Shown here: in pieces, positions 11,464-22,192 of the stretch
Layout: each line of letters begins with the position of its first letter
Position numbering within the stretch: position 1 is the stretch's first letter
NCBI GenBank assembly: GCA_040285825.1
Contig: JAUPSS010000001.1
Coordinates: 2,666,001-2,730,000 of the forward strand
Length of the DNA stretch: 64,000 nt
From: Eukaryota sp. TZLM1-RC
Taxonomy: Eukaryota > Protista > Metamonada: BaSk clade
Direction of reading: 5' to 3'
Notes under the pieces: generated by a model
Database searches by the model: none
Seen by the model: only the letters and a program-made list of their open reading frames with translations
What the model was told of the DNA's origin: nothing
Program-made: the position numbers and the translations under genes

Positions 11464-12516
11464 ATGACCTCTGTTGATGGTATTCTGTCTGAATTATCCA
11501 ATGACAACCAGTCCTTGAATAGCACCACTCATTCCGATTCTCCTTCGAAATCGGTTGTTCTTGACCACTACTACTCCCTACTTGGAACCACATCCATTCC
11601 AGTCTCTGCTTTCATCAAGAATGCTGATTCTCGTTATATTTCCCTTGCCAATCTTCATCTAGGTCCTGTTAGCTCAACCCACATTATCACAGCCCTGCAG
11701 AGTTCCCATCACCTCACCTCTCTGAACCTCTACAACAATTCCTTTGGTACTCAGGGGTTAAAGGCTCTGTCAAACCTTCTCAACACTTCTCAAACACTTC
11801 AGTCTTTGAATATTGGTAGAAACTGTCTGCGATACGCACTTGGACCTTTTCTCTCTTCTTCTTTGTCCAATCTGTTGAATTCTGAAGATGATGATGTGTG
11901 TTTTGACCTTGAGTGTTTTGCTTCATCAAATTTGATTGATTTGGATGTGAGTGGTAATGAATTGGGAGATTTTTGTTTCAAAATTCTCGCTGATTCCCTT
12001 CTTAAATCAAAAAAAATTAAGAAATTATCAGTAAGAGATAATAAATTAGGAAGCAAATCAATCAATGTTTTGATCGCTTTAATTAATGACTTAGAACTGG
12101 AATTTTTGGATGTTTCCAACAATTGTCTTGTTAATTCCTCCAATTTTGAATCATTTCTTGAATGTTTAAGGAGTTCTTCGTTAAAAAGTCTCAAGTTGGG
12201 ATCAATAGGGCTCATTGATTCAAATATTGATGATTTAGTTTCCTGTTTAGACTCAATGAAATTGGAAACAATTGACATTTCTGAAAACAGTTTGTCATTC
12301 AATGGCCTGTTGAAATTTTCACACCTGCTTAGGAGTGGTGAAATTAAATATTTCGACATGTCCAAAATATTGATTGGATCGGATGAGCTCTTTTCTTTTC
12401 TCAATGAATTATTACCAAACTCTACCTTGACTTTAAATATTCACAGATGCTATCGAACACTTTCACTAAATTTGGAAAACTTGATTAAAAACTATAGAAA
12501 AAGGCTTTTAATATAG
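11464..12516 (+). CDS. Leucine-rich repeat (RNI-like) protein
   Basis: LTSLNLYNNSFG, LIDLDVSGNELG, LETIDISENSL repeats. Confidence 0.85.
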   Translation: MTSVDGILSELSNDNQSLNSTTHSDSPSKSVVLDHYYSLLGTTSIPVSAFIKNADSRYISLANLHLGPVSSTHIITALQSSHHLTSLNLYNNSFGTQGLKALSNLLNTSQTLQSLNIGRNCLRYALGPFLSSSLSNLLNSEDDDVCFDLECFASSNLIDLDVSGNELGDFCFKILADSLLKSKKIKKLSVRDNKLGSKSINVLIALINDLELEFLDVSNNCLVNSSNFESFLECLRSSSLKSLKLGSIGLIDSNIDDLVSCLDSMKLETIDISENSLSFNGLLKFSHLLRSGEIKYFDMSKILIGSDELFSFLNELLPNSTLTLNIHRCYRTLSLNLENLIKNYRKRLLI

Positions 12517-12639
12517 CATTAGATGTTTTTCTTTATTTTTTTATTTGTATATATTAATATTAGATTTGATATTGTTATTATTTCCTTTTATAAACTTCAT
12601 AATTAAACAATGTAAAATAGACAAAATTCCCCCAACCTG

Positions 12640-13283
12640 CTCTGAATTGTTCTAAATTGATAACTTATCGTTCTTCATTACATGATGCTGTTAGAGATAC
12701 TGATTTTAATATGGCACAAACTGCAAGAATATCGTGTACTAAAGAGCCTTTGCTGAAGGAAACACTTTCTCTGAATAATTTTGGTTCTGATGATAGAGGT
12801 GATGTATACTGTGATTGGATTGATAATTCTGAAGCTATTGTTGACTTTGTCTCATGTAATGTTGCAAATGATACTTTGGTTCACAGAAGAAAACTTAATC
12901 CTGTGAGTGATTTTACAGCAAAAAAAAACATAGAAAATATGATAAAGATCTTGAAGAGGCTAATGCTGATAGAAATACACAGCTGGTTTTTATTACTTTC
13001 CCATTTTCGATAAATGGAAGATTATCAGATGAAGCAGAAACTTTTTTGAATGACTTCCAAAAAATGGTTCAAGAAAAAACAATGAAAAGATTTGATATTT
13101 TTTTATGGTGTGCACGAATTCAATTTGCCATTATTAATAGATTACCTCGGTTTTTCAATCGAATACGAGAAGCTTTAGCTAGACAGCAAGCAGATCAAGA
13201 TTTTGTAGAGGAAATCTTGGTTCAATGATAGTCGTCCCATTAGTTATGAGTTAATTTAATTAAGTGTGCAAATTCAATAAATA
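12640..13283 (+). mobile_element. Family-A retrotransposon 3' fragment (RLE plus 3' UTR)
   Basis: Matches 28860-29510 (DDRGDVYCDWIDN...DFVEEILV). Confidence 0.9.
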
Positions 13284-13667
13284 CAAGTTTCTGAGAGGTT
13301 ACAAAATAATTTTTCAGCCTCTTGTTTAATTGTTTAAACAGATTTAAAGAAAGAGCAAAACCACTTTGTTGCCTTTCGAATTATGGAATTAATACTACTG
13401 ATAGAGTTGAGTCAACAGTCTTTACTACAGATATATAATTTAATTGATGTCAATGATAACTGTGGTAAACTTTTATCTGATTTCTTTACACCGTGAAATT
13501 GATTCTCTTTCACCAAATATTTGGTCCTCTAAATAAATAAATAAATAAATAAATAAATATTTTCCCTCTGGTATGGTGGAACTTTCTCCTAGAAGCTTGT
13601 TCTCCTTACCATTGACATTTGCAAAGTTGCAAAAATAATCTTATGAGTTTTAGAGAACTTGGATTAT
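13284..13667 (+). repeat. Composite tail, second copy, with a (TAAA)n tract at 13530-13558
   Basis: Aligns with the reverse complement of 1153-1506. Confidence 0.85.
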
Positions 13668-13680
13668 ATTGTTCGAATAT

Positions 13681-14395
13681 TGCTATCGAACACTTTCACT
13701 AAATTTGGAAAACTTGATTAAAAACTATAGAAAAAGGCTTTTAATATAGCATTAGATGTTTTTCTTTATTTTTTTATTTGTATATATTAATATTAGATTT
13801 GATATTGTTATTATTTCCTTTTATAAACTTCATAATTAAACAATGTAAAATAGACAAAATTCCCCCAACCTGCTCTGAATTGTTCTAAATTGATAACTTA
13901 TCGTTCTTCATTACATGATGCTGTTAGAGACACTGATTTTAATATGGCACAAACTGCAAGAATATCGTGTACTAAAGAGCCTTTGCTGAAGGAAACACTT
14001 TCTCTGAATAATTTTGGTTCTGATGATAGGGGTGATGTATACTGTGATTGGATTGATAACTCTGAAGCTGCTGTTGATTTTGTCTCCTGTAATGTTGCAA
14101 ATGAGACCTTGGTTCAAAGAAGAAAACTTAATCCTGTAGATGCTCTTGAATTTAAGGCCAATGAAAATATGACAAAGATATCAAAGAAGCTAATGGTGAT
14201 AGAAACAGACAACTAGTTTTTATTGTTTGTCCATTTTCTATAAACGGAAGACTATCAGTAGAAGCAGGAACTTTTTTGAATGATTTCCAAAAAATGGTTT
14301 TAGGAAAAACAATGAAGAGATTTGATATCTTTTTAGGACACTCTCGAATTCAATTTGCTATAATTAATAGGCTACTAAAGTGTTCCATCGAGTAG
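13681..14395 (+). repeat. Direct duplication starting from 12448: LRR gene end, 3' flank and a retrotransposon RLE fragment
   Basis: TGCTATCGAACACTTTCACTAAATTTGG... occurs at 12448 and 13681, near-identical for about 380 bp, then diverges into an older RLE variant. Confidence 0.88.
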
Positions 14396-14717
14396 GAGAA
14401 GCAATGGTGGTGATGTCATATGTCCTTGATTAACTAGAAAAAGAAAAAAGTCTACGAAAGTTGAACAAAAAACTGTCTTGGTAGACAGTAATCAATCCGT
14501 GTCTGGTAAAAAATCCATAGTAAAACAAAACTTTGGTATTGGCTATAGAAAGATAAAAAAAATCAGAAAAGACAGTCTTTGCTACTGTGATCAATATGAT
14601 TCTGAGATTAATGATTTGTTAGTGCTTCTAGAGAACGATTAATGTGATTAATGTGGAGAATGTACTGATATATTCAAGAAATGAATGAGTTGTTTGTAAC
14701 TATTTTTCTGGTAGAGT

Positions 14718-14870
14718 AGCATTGATGAATAAGTGGCAACACATCAGCTTACTATTTGTAAATCAGGCTGGAGATTTAGGAATAGAGATCGAAATGCTTC
14801 GCTGAATATGATGACAGTGATGGAAGCACATGTAAATGGTGAGGATAGACCAGTATAACTACAAAGAGTC
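14718..14870 (+). pseudogene. Fanzor C-terminal relic (RuvC-II/III)
   Basis: One frame reads SIDE*VATHQLTICKSGWRFRNRDRNASLNMMTVMEAHVNGEDRPV*LQR, paralleling the C-terminus of ORF 55896-56414. Confidence 0.78.
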
Positions 14871-14993
14871 AAGGTTGTTGAAGGTTTAAATGATGTTATC
14901 AAGGAGAAAATCTTCTACTTTTCAAAAGCTCAGTCCCTCTACATTGGTGTAAAAAGGACACTTATTTCATTGATATAGACAATATCTGTAATA

Positions 14994-16582
14994 ATGGACT
15001 CACCTGATGACTTTTCAAATATCTTTAATATCGCCCCACATCTGGCAGGACCATGGCGTAGCAGCTCTGCACCCCCTGAACTAAGTGTTTGCTCATCTTG
15101 GTTTGCTCATCTCAGGTTCGTTCACCCGGCCCCGAGGACAATGACCAAAACGATCCCCGCTTCAGTAAAGAGTATTCTGAATTCTACTACTCTATGAACC
15201 CTCGTGATCCCCGCCTACCTCCCCCATTCAACCACTCCCGTCAATGGCCTGCTATTGGTAACTTGCCCATCCATCGCAGCTCCCCTCTGGACCAAGAGGA
15301 TGGCGACATTGAAGACGAGTCTCTACAACGTTCCATCTCCACCCTACACATGGACATTGACGATGAAGAGTCCTCTGTCCCCAATACACCAGAAGATATT
15401 ATGCCCATTTCCCCTCTTTCAAGACAACCTTATTCTACACCCACCCGTACTTCACTCGCTGCACCCCCACGTGCCTTCCCCTACAAGGCACCATCGTTAC
15501 CAATGCAACCAAAGGAACCTCAAACTCAACCTCCAAGCCGGTTTTCCTCCAATGCGGTTCCCTTTAACCCCAAGAACTCCAACTCAAGAGGAGGTGCTGA
15601 TAGATTTAGAGGTAGATCAATCACCTCTTTTGCTGGTAAATTAGGAGAACTTTGCTGCGACCAACATGGAAGCCGCTATATTCAAGAACGATTAGAAGAC
15701 GCAAGTGATCATGAAAAGGAGCTCGTTTTTAGTGAATTGAGACCTGTCTTGGTTAACATGGCCTTGGAACCCTTTGGTAATTATGTCATCCAAAAGTTCT
15801 TCTCTGTCGGTCTTGCTACTCACATTGACGAACTAGTTGAGATGCTTAGAGGCAGAATTAAAGATTTGACACTCCAAATGTATGGGTGTAGAGTCGTTCA
15901 AAAAGCATTTACTTCCCTCCAAGCTCCTGTACTGCTGCCTTTGGTCAAGGAATTAACTGGTGTGGTTTGGGAATGCATAAGAGATCAGAATGGAAACCAT
16001 GTGATTCAATGTGCAGTCGAAACAGTGTCAAAGATTGATCCCAGGGAACTTGATTTCTTGATTGCTGCCGTAACAGGAAGGTGTATTCAACTGGCCACTC
16101 ATGCTTATGGATGTAGAGTCATTCAGCGCATTCTAGAACACTGTGCAGTAGATCAAATAACTCCTTTATTGGATGAGTTACTAAGAGGTGCAAAAACATT
16201 GGTAAATGACCAATATGGAAATTATGTTTGCCAGCACATCATTGAATATGAGCGATTAGCTGCCGAACGTCTGTTTGCTTTACTACAAGGCAATTTTGTT
16301 GAACTTTCTAGACAAAAGTTTAGCTCCAATGTTGTTGAAACTATGTGCAGGTTTATGACTAAGAAACATATTGGTATTATCGTTAAAGAATTCTGCCACT
16401 CTGAAGACACTTTGGTGACGTTGATGAGGGATCCTTATGGGAACTTTGTGGTCCAAAAGGTTGTAAATGCTGCCGATACCAAGGACGCTCGTATTATTAT
16501 TGAAGCCGGAAAGAAACAAATTACTGGACCCAGAAAGTTTCAATTTGGCAGGTACATCCGCAGCTTCTTTGAGTCGGCTTAG
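14994..16582 (+). CDS. Pumilio/PUF RNA-binding protein, 2 exons (14994-15086, 15116-16582)
   Basis: Eight Puf repeats (DQHGSRYIQ, FGNYVIQK, DQNGNHVIQ...); an RSSSAPP N-terminal motif is joined via a 29-nt intron. Confidence 0.9.
15087..15115 (+). other. 29-nt spliceosomal intron
   Basis: GTTTGC...GCTCATCTCAG, phase 0, joins the ATG 14994 frame to the PUF frame. Confidence 0.75.
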
Positions 16583-16696
16583 TTTGTAAATTTTCTTTTT
16601 TATTGTACCGTAGCTTTATTGTTTGGTGTATAGATAGTCCTTTTTGTTTATAAATTTTGAATATAGAAAATTACATTGGTTTATTAATAACAAATT

Positions 16697-19051
16697 CTAT
16701 TTGTACAGAGGTTCATCACATGATTCTTTATAATAATCATTGAAATTAAAACTTGAGATCAAAAATTTCAAAGATTGATCAGAGATCTTTTTAAGAGCTT
16801 CAATCAAAATAAACAATTGTTGACGAAATTCCTTTTGAAGATTCAATACACAATGTGAACATTTGTGCGAGATGATATTCATTTCAGATTCAATTTGTTG
16901 TTTTTTTAAGTTCAATTCATCCACATTATAGAAATCTTCCTGAACAAAATTTGCCTGTAATTTCGATTTGATATCAACAAGTGAAAATGAATTGCTTTCT
17001 AATTCATGAGAAAGTTGATCCAAAACCAATTTAAACTTTCCAATAAGGTCAAAAATAGAGGTCAAAATACTGCTGACTTCTTGAGAAGCAACATCATCAC
17101 CAATGAAATTTCTACAAATCAATTGATTGATGAAGGAATTATGAGCTATTATCACATCATCCAAAGACGTCGAATGTTTTAGCTTATCCTCTAGAACTTT
17201 GAAGCTATCTTCGATCACAGCAAAAAATACATGATGTTCTAAAGTTGAAACAAAATTTACCAATTCTAATCTGAAAATATAAATTAAATGTAACAAATCT
17301 CCACAAATTTTGGGCAATGATCTCTTCTTCAGCGCTGTAAACAAGTCCCAAATCATTCCAAGAGCCACAGAACCCTTTTTAATTTTCCATATAAAATTGA
17401 AACACTTCAAATATTGATCAATAACATTTCTGGATAAGACCACTGAAATGGGACTATTTGAATCTATTCTATATTCCAAGGTAAAAAAATCTCTATTAGA
17501 ATGAGCATCATCTGGGGTTCTTATATCCAAACAATCACGAGTGATCACGTCATCATGACAGACATTTGAGCTTCTGATTGCATTATCCAACTGTGAAAGG
17601 AGGTTATGACGAAGTAAATCTAGGTTTCTTACCACCAAAGAATTACCTAAAGACTCTATAAGAGACATTGCAAAATCACCTTGAACTAACAAAAGGTATC
17701 TCTTAATAGCATCAAGATGAAGACGCAAGGAGAATCGGGTACAAACTAATTCCAAAAGACGTTGATTGGCAGCTTCAAAAGCATGATTGATTGACCTACA
17801 AAGACTTCGACAGTCACCTTGCGATAGATCATTAATCACTTGACTTGATTGGATTGATGATGTATTAACCAAAAACTCAGGATCATTACAGAATTTTCGA
17901 ACAAAAGAAACCGCTTTTCCAACCTTGAATATTTTATTGGCAAATTCTATTGGCAGAAAGCAAGGAATTTGGTCTTGCACAACAAAAAAACAATCGGACC
18001 AGAATTCTTTAGCAGTCTGAGAATTATGCCCTGATGACGTGATCCATAGCTCAAAAACCGTGTCACCATTTGATGGATTGATCTTTTCTAGTTCACCATC
18101 AGCAACCCAGATGCTAATCAACTCCAAAAGGGGTTTTAAACTGGCTACAAACGATTGCTGACAAATGGAAGCATACGCCACGTCACCATGACGTGACAAC
18201 TTGAACAATTCTGACACTAACTTTGACCCAATCGAACCTTGCTGTAACAATGAAGATACAACACAAGCATTGCTCAGGGTCTGTTCGCTTTGCTTGCTCC
18301 AAATGAAAACCTTGTTTAGTGTCAAGTCTGGCTGTAACAAAAGGTCAGAAATGTCTTGACGATGACGTGTAATGATGTGACGTAAGAAAGAACTGATTGA
18401 TGATGCTATTCTACCAGTGATTGGTTGTTCAAGGCTACTTTCTATTTTGAGGAGTAAAGTTCCTAGCTTACAAAACAAAGAAAATGCAGAATAAACGTCT
18501 ATAGAAAGAGTCCTTTCTGGTAACAACCTTTCTTCAACAAAATGAACAATTCTTGGAGTACTTATTCCCTGCATTGCGTGGATGGCTGCCTTGACCAGTT
18601 GGTCATCAGGTAGTAAAGGGGATGTAGAGAGACCATCCTTAGGAGAGGAGGGCTGAGGCTGAGGCTGAGGCTTATGTTGGGGTTGGGGTTGGGGTTGGGG
18701 TTGGCAAGAAAATAGAGAAAGTGATGAAGAGAAAAAGGAAGGGGTTTCTTCTATTTCGGAGAGAGAAAACAAGAGGTAAAGGATGGAAAAGTGGGAGGTA
18801 AAGGACCGAGATCCTTGGAACCTTCGAATCAAGGCTCTAAAAGGAGGTATTTGTGATGTAAGGTTGGCCTTTTGCAATCTACGCACAATGAGTTCTTGTA
18901 AAGCATGTATGGAAGTCACACATGGCGAACTGATGTTGGAAGAAATAATTTGAGTACACAGAGGGAGAGTAGAATCTACATGTTCATAAGGAACAAACTG
19001 TGACACAAGTAATCGCAGATGAGTGACAATGGTAACCGCATTGTCTGTCAT
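16697..19051 (-). CDS. TUBGCP3: Gamma-tubulin complex component 3 (Spc98/GCP3)
   Basis: LRLHLDAIKRYLLLVQGDFA, IPCFLP..FANKIFKVGKAVSF, LDDVIIAH and FNFNDYY GRIP motifs. Confidence 0.85.
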   Translation of the reverse strand: MTDNAVTIVTHLRLLVSQFVPYEHVDSTLPLCTQIISSNISSPCVTSIHALQELIVRRLQKANLTSQIPPFRALIRRFQGSRSFTSHFSILYLLFSLSEIEETPSFFSSSLSLFSCQPQPQPQPQHKPQPQPQPSSPKDGLSTSPLLPDDQLVKAAIHAMQGISTPRIVHFVEERLLPERTLSIDVYSAFSLFCKLGTLLLKIESSLEQPITGRIASSISSFLRHIITRHRQDISDLLLQPDLTLNKVFIWSKQSEQTLSNACVVSSLLQQGSIGSKLVSELFKLSRHGDVAYASICQQSFVASLKPLLELISIWVADGELEKINPSNGDTVFELWITSSGHNSQTAKEFWSDCFFVVQDQIPCFLPIEFANKIFKVGKAVSFVRKFCNDPEFLVNTSSIQSSQVINDLSQGDCRSLCRSINHAFEAANQRLLELVCTRFSLRLHLDAIKRYLLLVQGDFAMSLIESLGNSLVVRNLDLLRHNLLSQLDNAIRSSNVCHDDVITRDCLDIRTPDDAHSNRDFFTLEYRIDSNSPISVVLSRNVIDQYLKCFNFIWKIKKGSVALGMIWDLFTALKKRSLPKICGDLLHLIYIFRLELVNFVSTLEHHVFFAVIEDSFKVLEDKLKHSTSLDDVIIAHNSFINQLICRNFIGDDVASQEVSSILTSIFDLIGKFKLVLDQLSHELESNSFSLVDIKSKLQANFVQEDFYNVDELNLKKQQIESEMNIISHKCSHCVLNLQKEFRQQLFILIEALKKISDQSLKFLISSFNFNDYYKESCDEPLYK

Positions 19052-19121
19052 CGGCTATATAGCAGAAGAGTGTTTGCTGTTGTCGATGGAAATACTGTAT
19101 CTGAAATGTCAATTTCTTGTA

Positions 19122-19203
19122 CTTCAACCACATCCACATCCCTAAACTTAACCATCCTGAGATGATTGGCTTAGATCAAAATACGATAAAAATGGATTTG
19201 AAG
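19122..19203 (-). ncRNA. omegaRNA-like stem-loop downstream of a Fanzor pseudogene
   Basis: Minus-strand helices CUUCAA/UUGAAG, AUCCAU/GUGGAU, UCUAAGC/GUUUAGG and AAUCAUC/GAUGGUU; the G-U pairs form only on the Fanzor sense strand. Confidence 0.5.
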
Positions 19204-19207
19204 ACTC

Positions 19208-20075
19208 TTATTGAGGTCTTCTAAAAGCTAGGGGTGTAGTGTTCAAAAAGTATTCGCTTACTGCAATCTCCCACTGGTTTCTCGATGCAGAGATATCTCT
19301 TGACCAAACCATCCCACATTCTGGACATGTAAAATAGGCTTTAGACTTTTTCCTTTCTCCATTCTCTATGAAGTAAAGGTCTTCACGCAAAACTTTGCAA
19401 CAGTTCACTTTCGATGATGTTTAATCTTCATCGCCGTCCTTCACGGTTGGAAATCGAGCCTTGAGATACTTCAGAAAACGCTTTCTTGGTGTTTCACTCT
19501 TTGACGTGATGGTCCATCACCTCCTTTCCCAAACCAAATAATCACTTGACGATTTTCATCCATGTTTTTGATTTTCTGGACAAAATGGCTGAATTTCTTT
19601 TGGCGACGGACAATAAAGTTGAAGCGATTACGCCGAATTGCTTTTCTTTTTCCTTGATGTAGATGGTGGTCCAATAAACTTTGTTTTTCAGTGTTGTCTC
19701 TTTGGGGATTCACATTAAAAGTTGGAATTAAGCAATGTTTCACATAAGCAAAAAACTTCAAAGTCAACTCTGACTGGGGAAAGGGAAAAACGATGTGGTC
19801 ATTGATAGGAACTTCATCAAAGTTTCCACCGATAATGGCTTCCCTGACTTTGTTGAGTTTAGTCAATAATTCTTTCTTCAAATGATTTCCATGAATTTGT
19901 TCTAGTCTGAACTTCTTCAAGGTGACAATGTTTAACCAACGCAAAACGTATTCATGAAAGTGTTTACTGAGAGCATTTCCATAATTAATGGAAATTTGTT
20001 TGGCAGTGTACTGGAAAACTCGATTCATAGATGTAGTATCTCGAAATTGAGTCTTTCTTTGACCAAGCTCATTAG
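19208..20075 (-). pseudogene. Fanzor pseudogene (RuvC-I deleted, frameshift and premature stop)
   Basis: FQYTAKQISINYGN, VIIWFGKG, GDED*TSSKVNCC, CPECGMVWSRDISASRN. Confidence 0.85.
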
Positions 20076-20195
20076 TAAGATTTGGTAGAATTGAATAAAA
20101 GAAAATCAGGTAATTAAAACTGCCTTACTCTAATAACGCAAAACAAAACAAATACTTTTTTTGACTGGAATATCTATTGAGATAAAAAAACCCAT

Positions 20196-21190
20196 CTAGA
20201 ATTCAATATCCTCCAAACAAGCTTCACTATTACTAAACCTACTCACAGCATTACGTTCATATTCTATACCAATTGCTAAAAGTGCCTTTGAAATCATTGT
20301 TGGAATAGACTTGAAAATGCAAAAAACAATTCTATTTAACCAGAAAGTGGAGTTCATTGTTTGACCAGACCTATTTAGTAACACTATTTTAAAATTTTCA
20401 AAAAAGTGCAACCCTGAAGGTCCAATATTGCCAAAAAAAGACATTGCAAACGGCACAAACTGATATTTCACATGTTCCACTCTACCTAACTGTGCCAAAG
20501 GTTCTTCATATTTTTTATCTTCTTTTTTTCGGCGTTAGATAACGGCGAATCAGCGGAATACACTAAACGAGCAGCAGAATTTTTGCAAACATCAACTGAG
20601 ACAACATCCACAACATTGAGAACACCATCGATCCCTGGAGCTACTAAATCTGCCTTTCTTTTACCAAAGGAATCATCAGTTTGATCTGAAGACAGCTTAC
20701 GTACTAATGGCTCAATAAATGCCTCTATATTGAAACTTTTGCACATGGCATATAATTGATCACGAACTCAGTCATGAACAATTGAGCGATAAGTTATAAA
20801 ATACTTACAGTTAAAAATATGGGAAAGCGTAACAACACTCTTGCAGCGACAAATTAAATCATTTGGTAAAGAACAAGGCCATAGAAAACATCTCATTCTC
20901 GTTGCAGTGGTCCATTGGTGATCATTGAGTAGAAGGCCATAAATGTTGGGAATTTGGGAGATAAGGCAACTTGAGCAACTGTCTTCAAGATCAATCAAAA
21001 AGTTTGCAAAAACGGGATTTTTTTCTTTAGCCATGCTAAGACGTACAATATAATCCACGTTTTCTAAAACTTTTAAGATTTTTTTTCTGCAATTTTGCAA
21101 AAGTCAGTGGTAAGGAGAGCAAGCTTCTTGGAGGAAGTTCCACAATATCAGAGGGGAAACATTTAGAAAAAATATTGGGTAAACAAATAC
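20196..21190 (-). mobile_element. Family-B non-LTR retrotransposon 3' fragment (CCHC plus RLE)
   Basis: CRCKSVVTLSHIFNC zinc motif, RKADLVAPG...DVVSVD, FWLNRIVF, EDIEF* end. Confidence 0.85.
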
Positions 21191-21249
21191 TTGGAAAAAT
21201 AAAATCGAATAAACATATTTACACTTACAACATTAAAGACCAAGAAACA

Positions 21250-21819
21250 TCAACAACAACTAGTCCTTCTCAATTTTCTGACAGAGGGACGCTCTATTCT
21301 ACAGCTCGCTGGAATCAACTCCATGAGGTACTCATCACGAGAGACATCATAATCGGTGGGATCTAGATGAATAGACGATAGATTTGGACACATCCCAACA
21401 ACAGAACGTAACAGATTAACTTTCATCGATGGAACGACACGAGGTAGTTCGAGGAACGATTGAGTAAATGTAGGCATGTCTATGTTAGATCTGTCAATAC
21501 AGTCTTCCTTCACCAGGTTTGCAAACCTTTTACTGACCATCCTAAATTTAGTAAGGCCCAGAAGATCAGAGCGGCGTATGACATCGGATAGGACCTCGTC
21601 TGACAGTGAGAGGATAATGTCTGGCTGATATCTCAGTGTGACAGGTCTTCCCTTACATTTTACGAATTCTTGCACAGACAAGTAATCGAGGAAATTACCA
21701 CGAAACACGATGATCTTCGGACACTCCACCATGTTACTGAGTAGGGAGCAGAGCTGATCAGGTTCGTGAACTGTTGTAGTTCTACCATCATTGTACGTGA
21801 GTTGTATACTGAAGTTCAT
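21250..21819 (-). CDS. Small protein with ubiquitin-like N-terminus and F-box motif
   Basis: LSLSDEVLSDVIRRSDLLGLTKFRMVSKRFANLV fits the F-box consensus; FSIQLT..DGRTTTV..KIIVFRGNFL..VTLRY resembles a UBL fold (weaker). Confidence 0.6.
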   Translation of the reverse strand: MNFSIQLTYNDGRTTTVHEPDQLCSLLSNMVECPKIIVFRGNFLDYLSVQEFVKCKGRPVTLRYQPDIILSLSDEVLSDVIRRSDLLGLTKFRMVSKRFANLVKEDCIDRSNIDMPTFTQSFLELPRVVPSMKVNLLRSVVGMCPNLSSIHLDPTDYDVSRDEYLMELIPASCRIERPSVRKLRRTSCC

Positions 21820-22015
21820 ATACGACAAGAATTATTCGTTAGTCAAACAAGTTTCCTTTTTTGTAAAATCTACAAAATGTTGATCATTACTGTGAATTTC
21901 ACTTATCATGCATTCCCCTGTGAAATTCACTCCTGTTTTCAACTTTCTCAATGTCTACTCACAGGTTGTAAGAGACATGTAGCATCATTTGACAAAGACA
22001 ATCATGATCTTCATC

Positions 22016-22190
22016 AATGGGCTACCTCACTTAAATACACCTACTGCTTTCACAGAACAAAGTCTCGCGACTTGATGTATCAAAGTGGATCTACCAAATG
22101 CTACTAGGGCATTTGTAGATCGGTCTCAAAAGTTTTTGTTTCTGTATGCTCAGGTTCCCCATTCATCTTCTCAACAGAGCATCTGGGCAA
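22016..22190 (-). ncRNA. Predicted Fanzor omegaRNA scaffold (~175 nt)
   Basis: Lies directly 3' of the Fanzor stop; 13-bp hairpin at 22088-22121; three-way junction with GCGA and GAAA tetraloop hairpins at 22028-22087; possible pseudoknot of 22152-22163 with 22016-22027. Confidence 0.72.
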
Positions 22191-22192
22191 AT

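Noticed and set aside
18650-18705. GGTTGG/GGCTGA repeats as telomeric or G4 element
   Set aside because: Encodes the PQ-repeat linker inside GCP3
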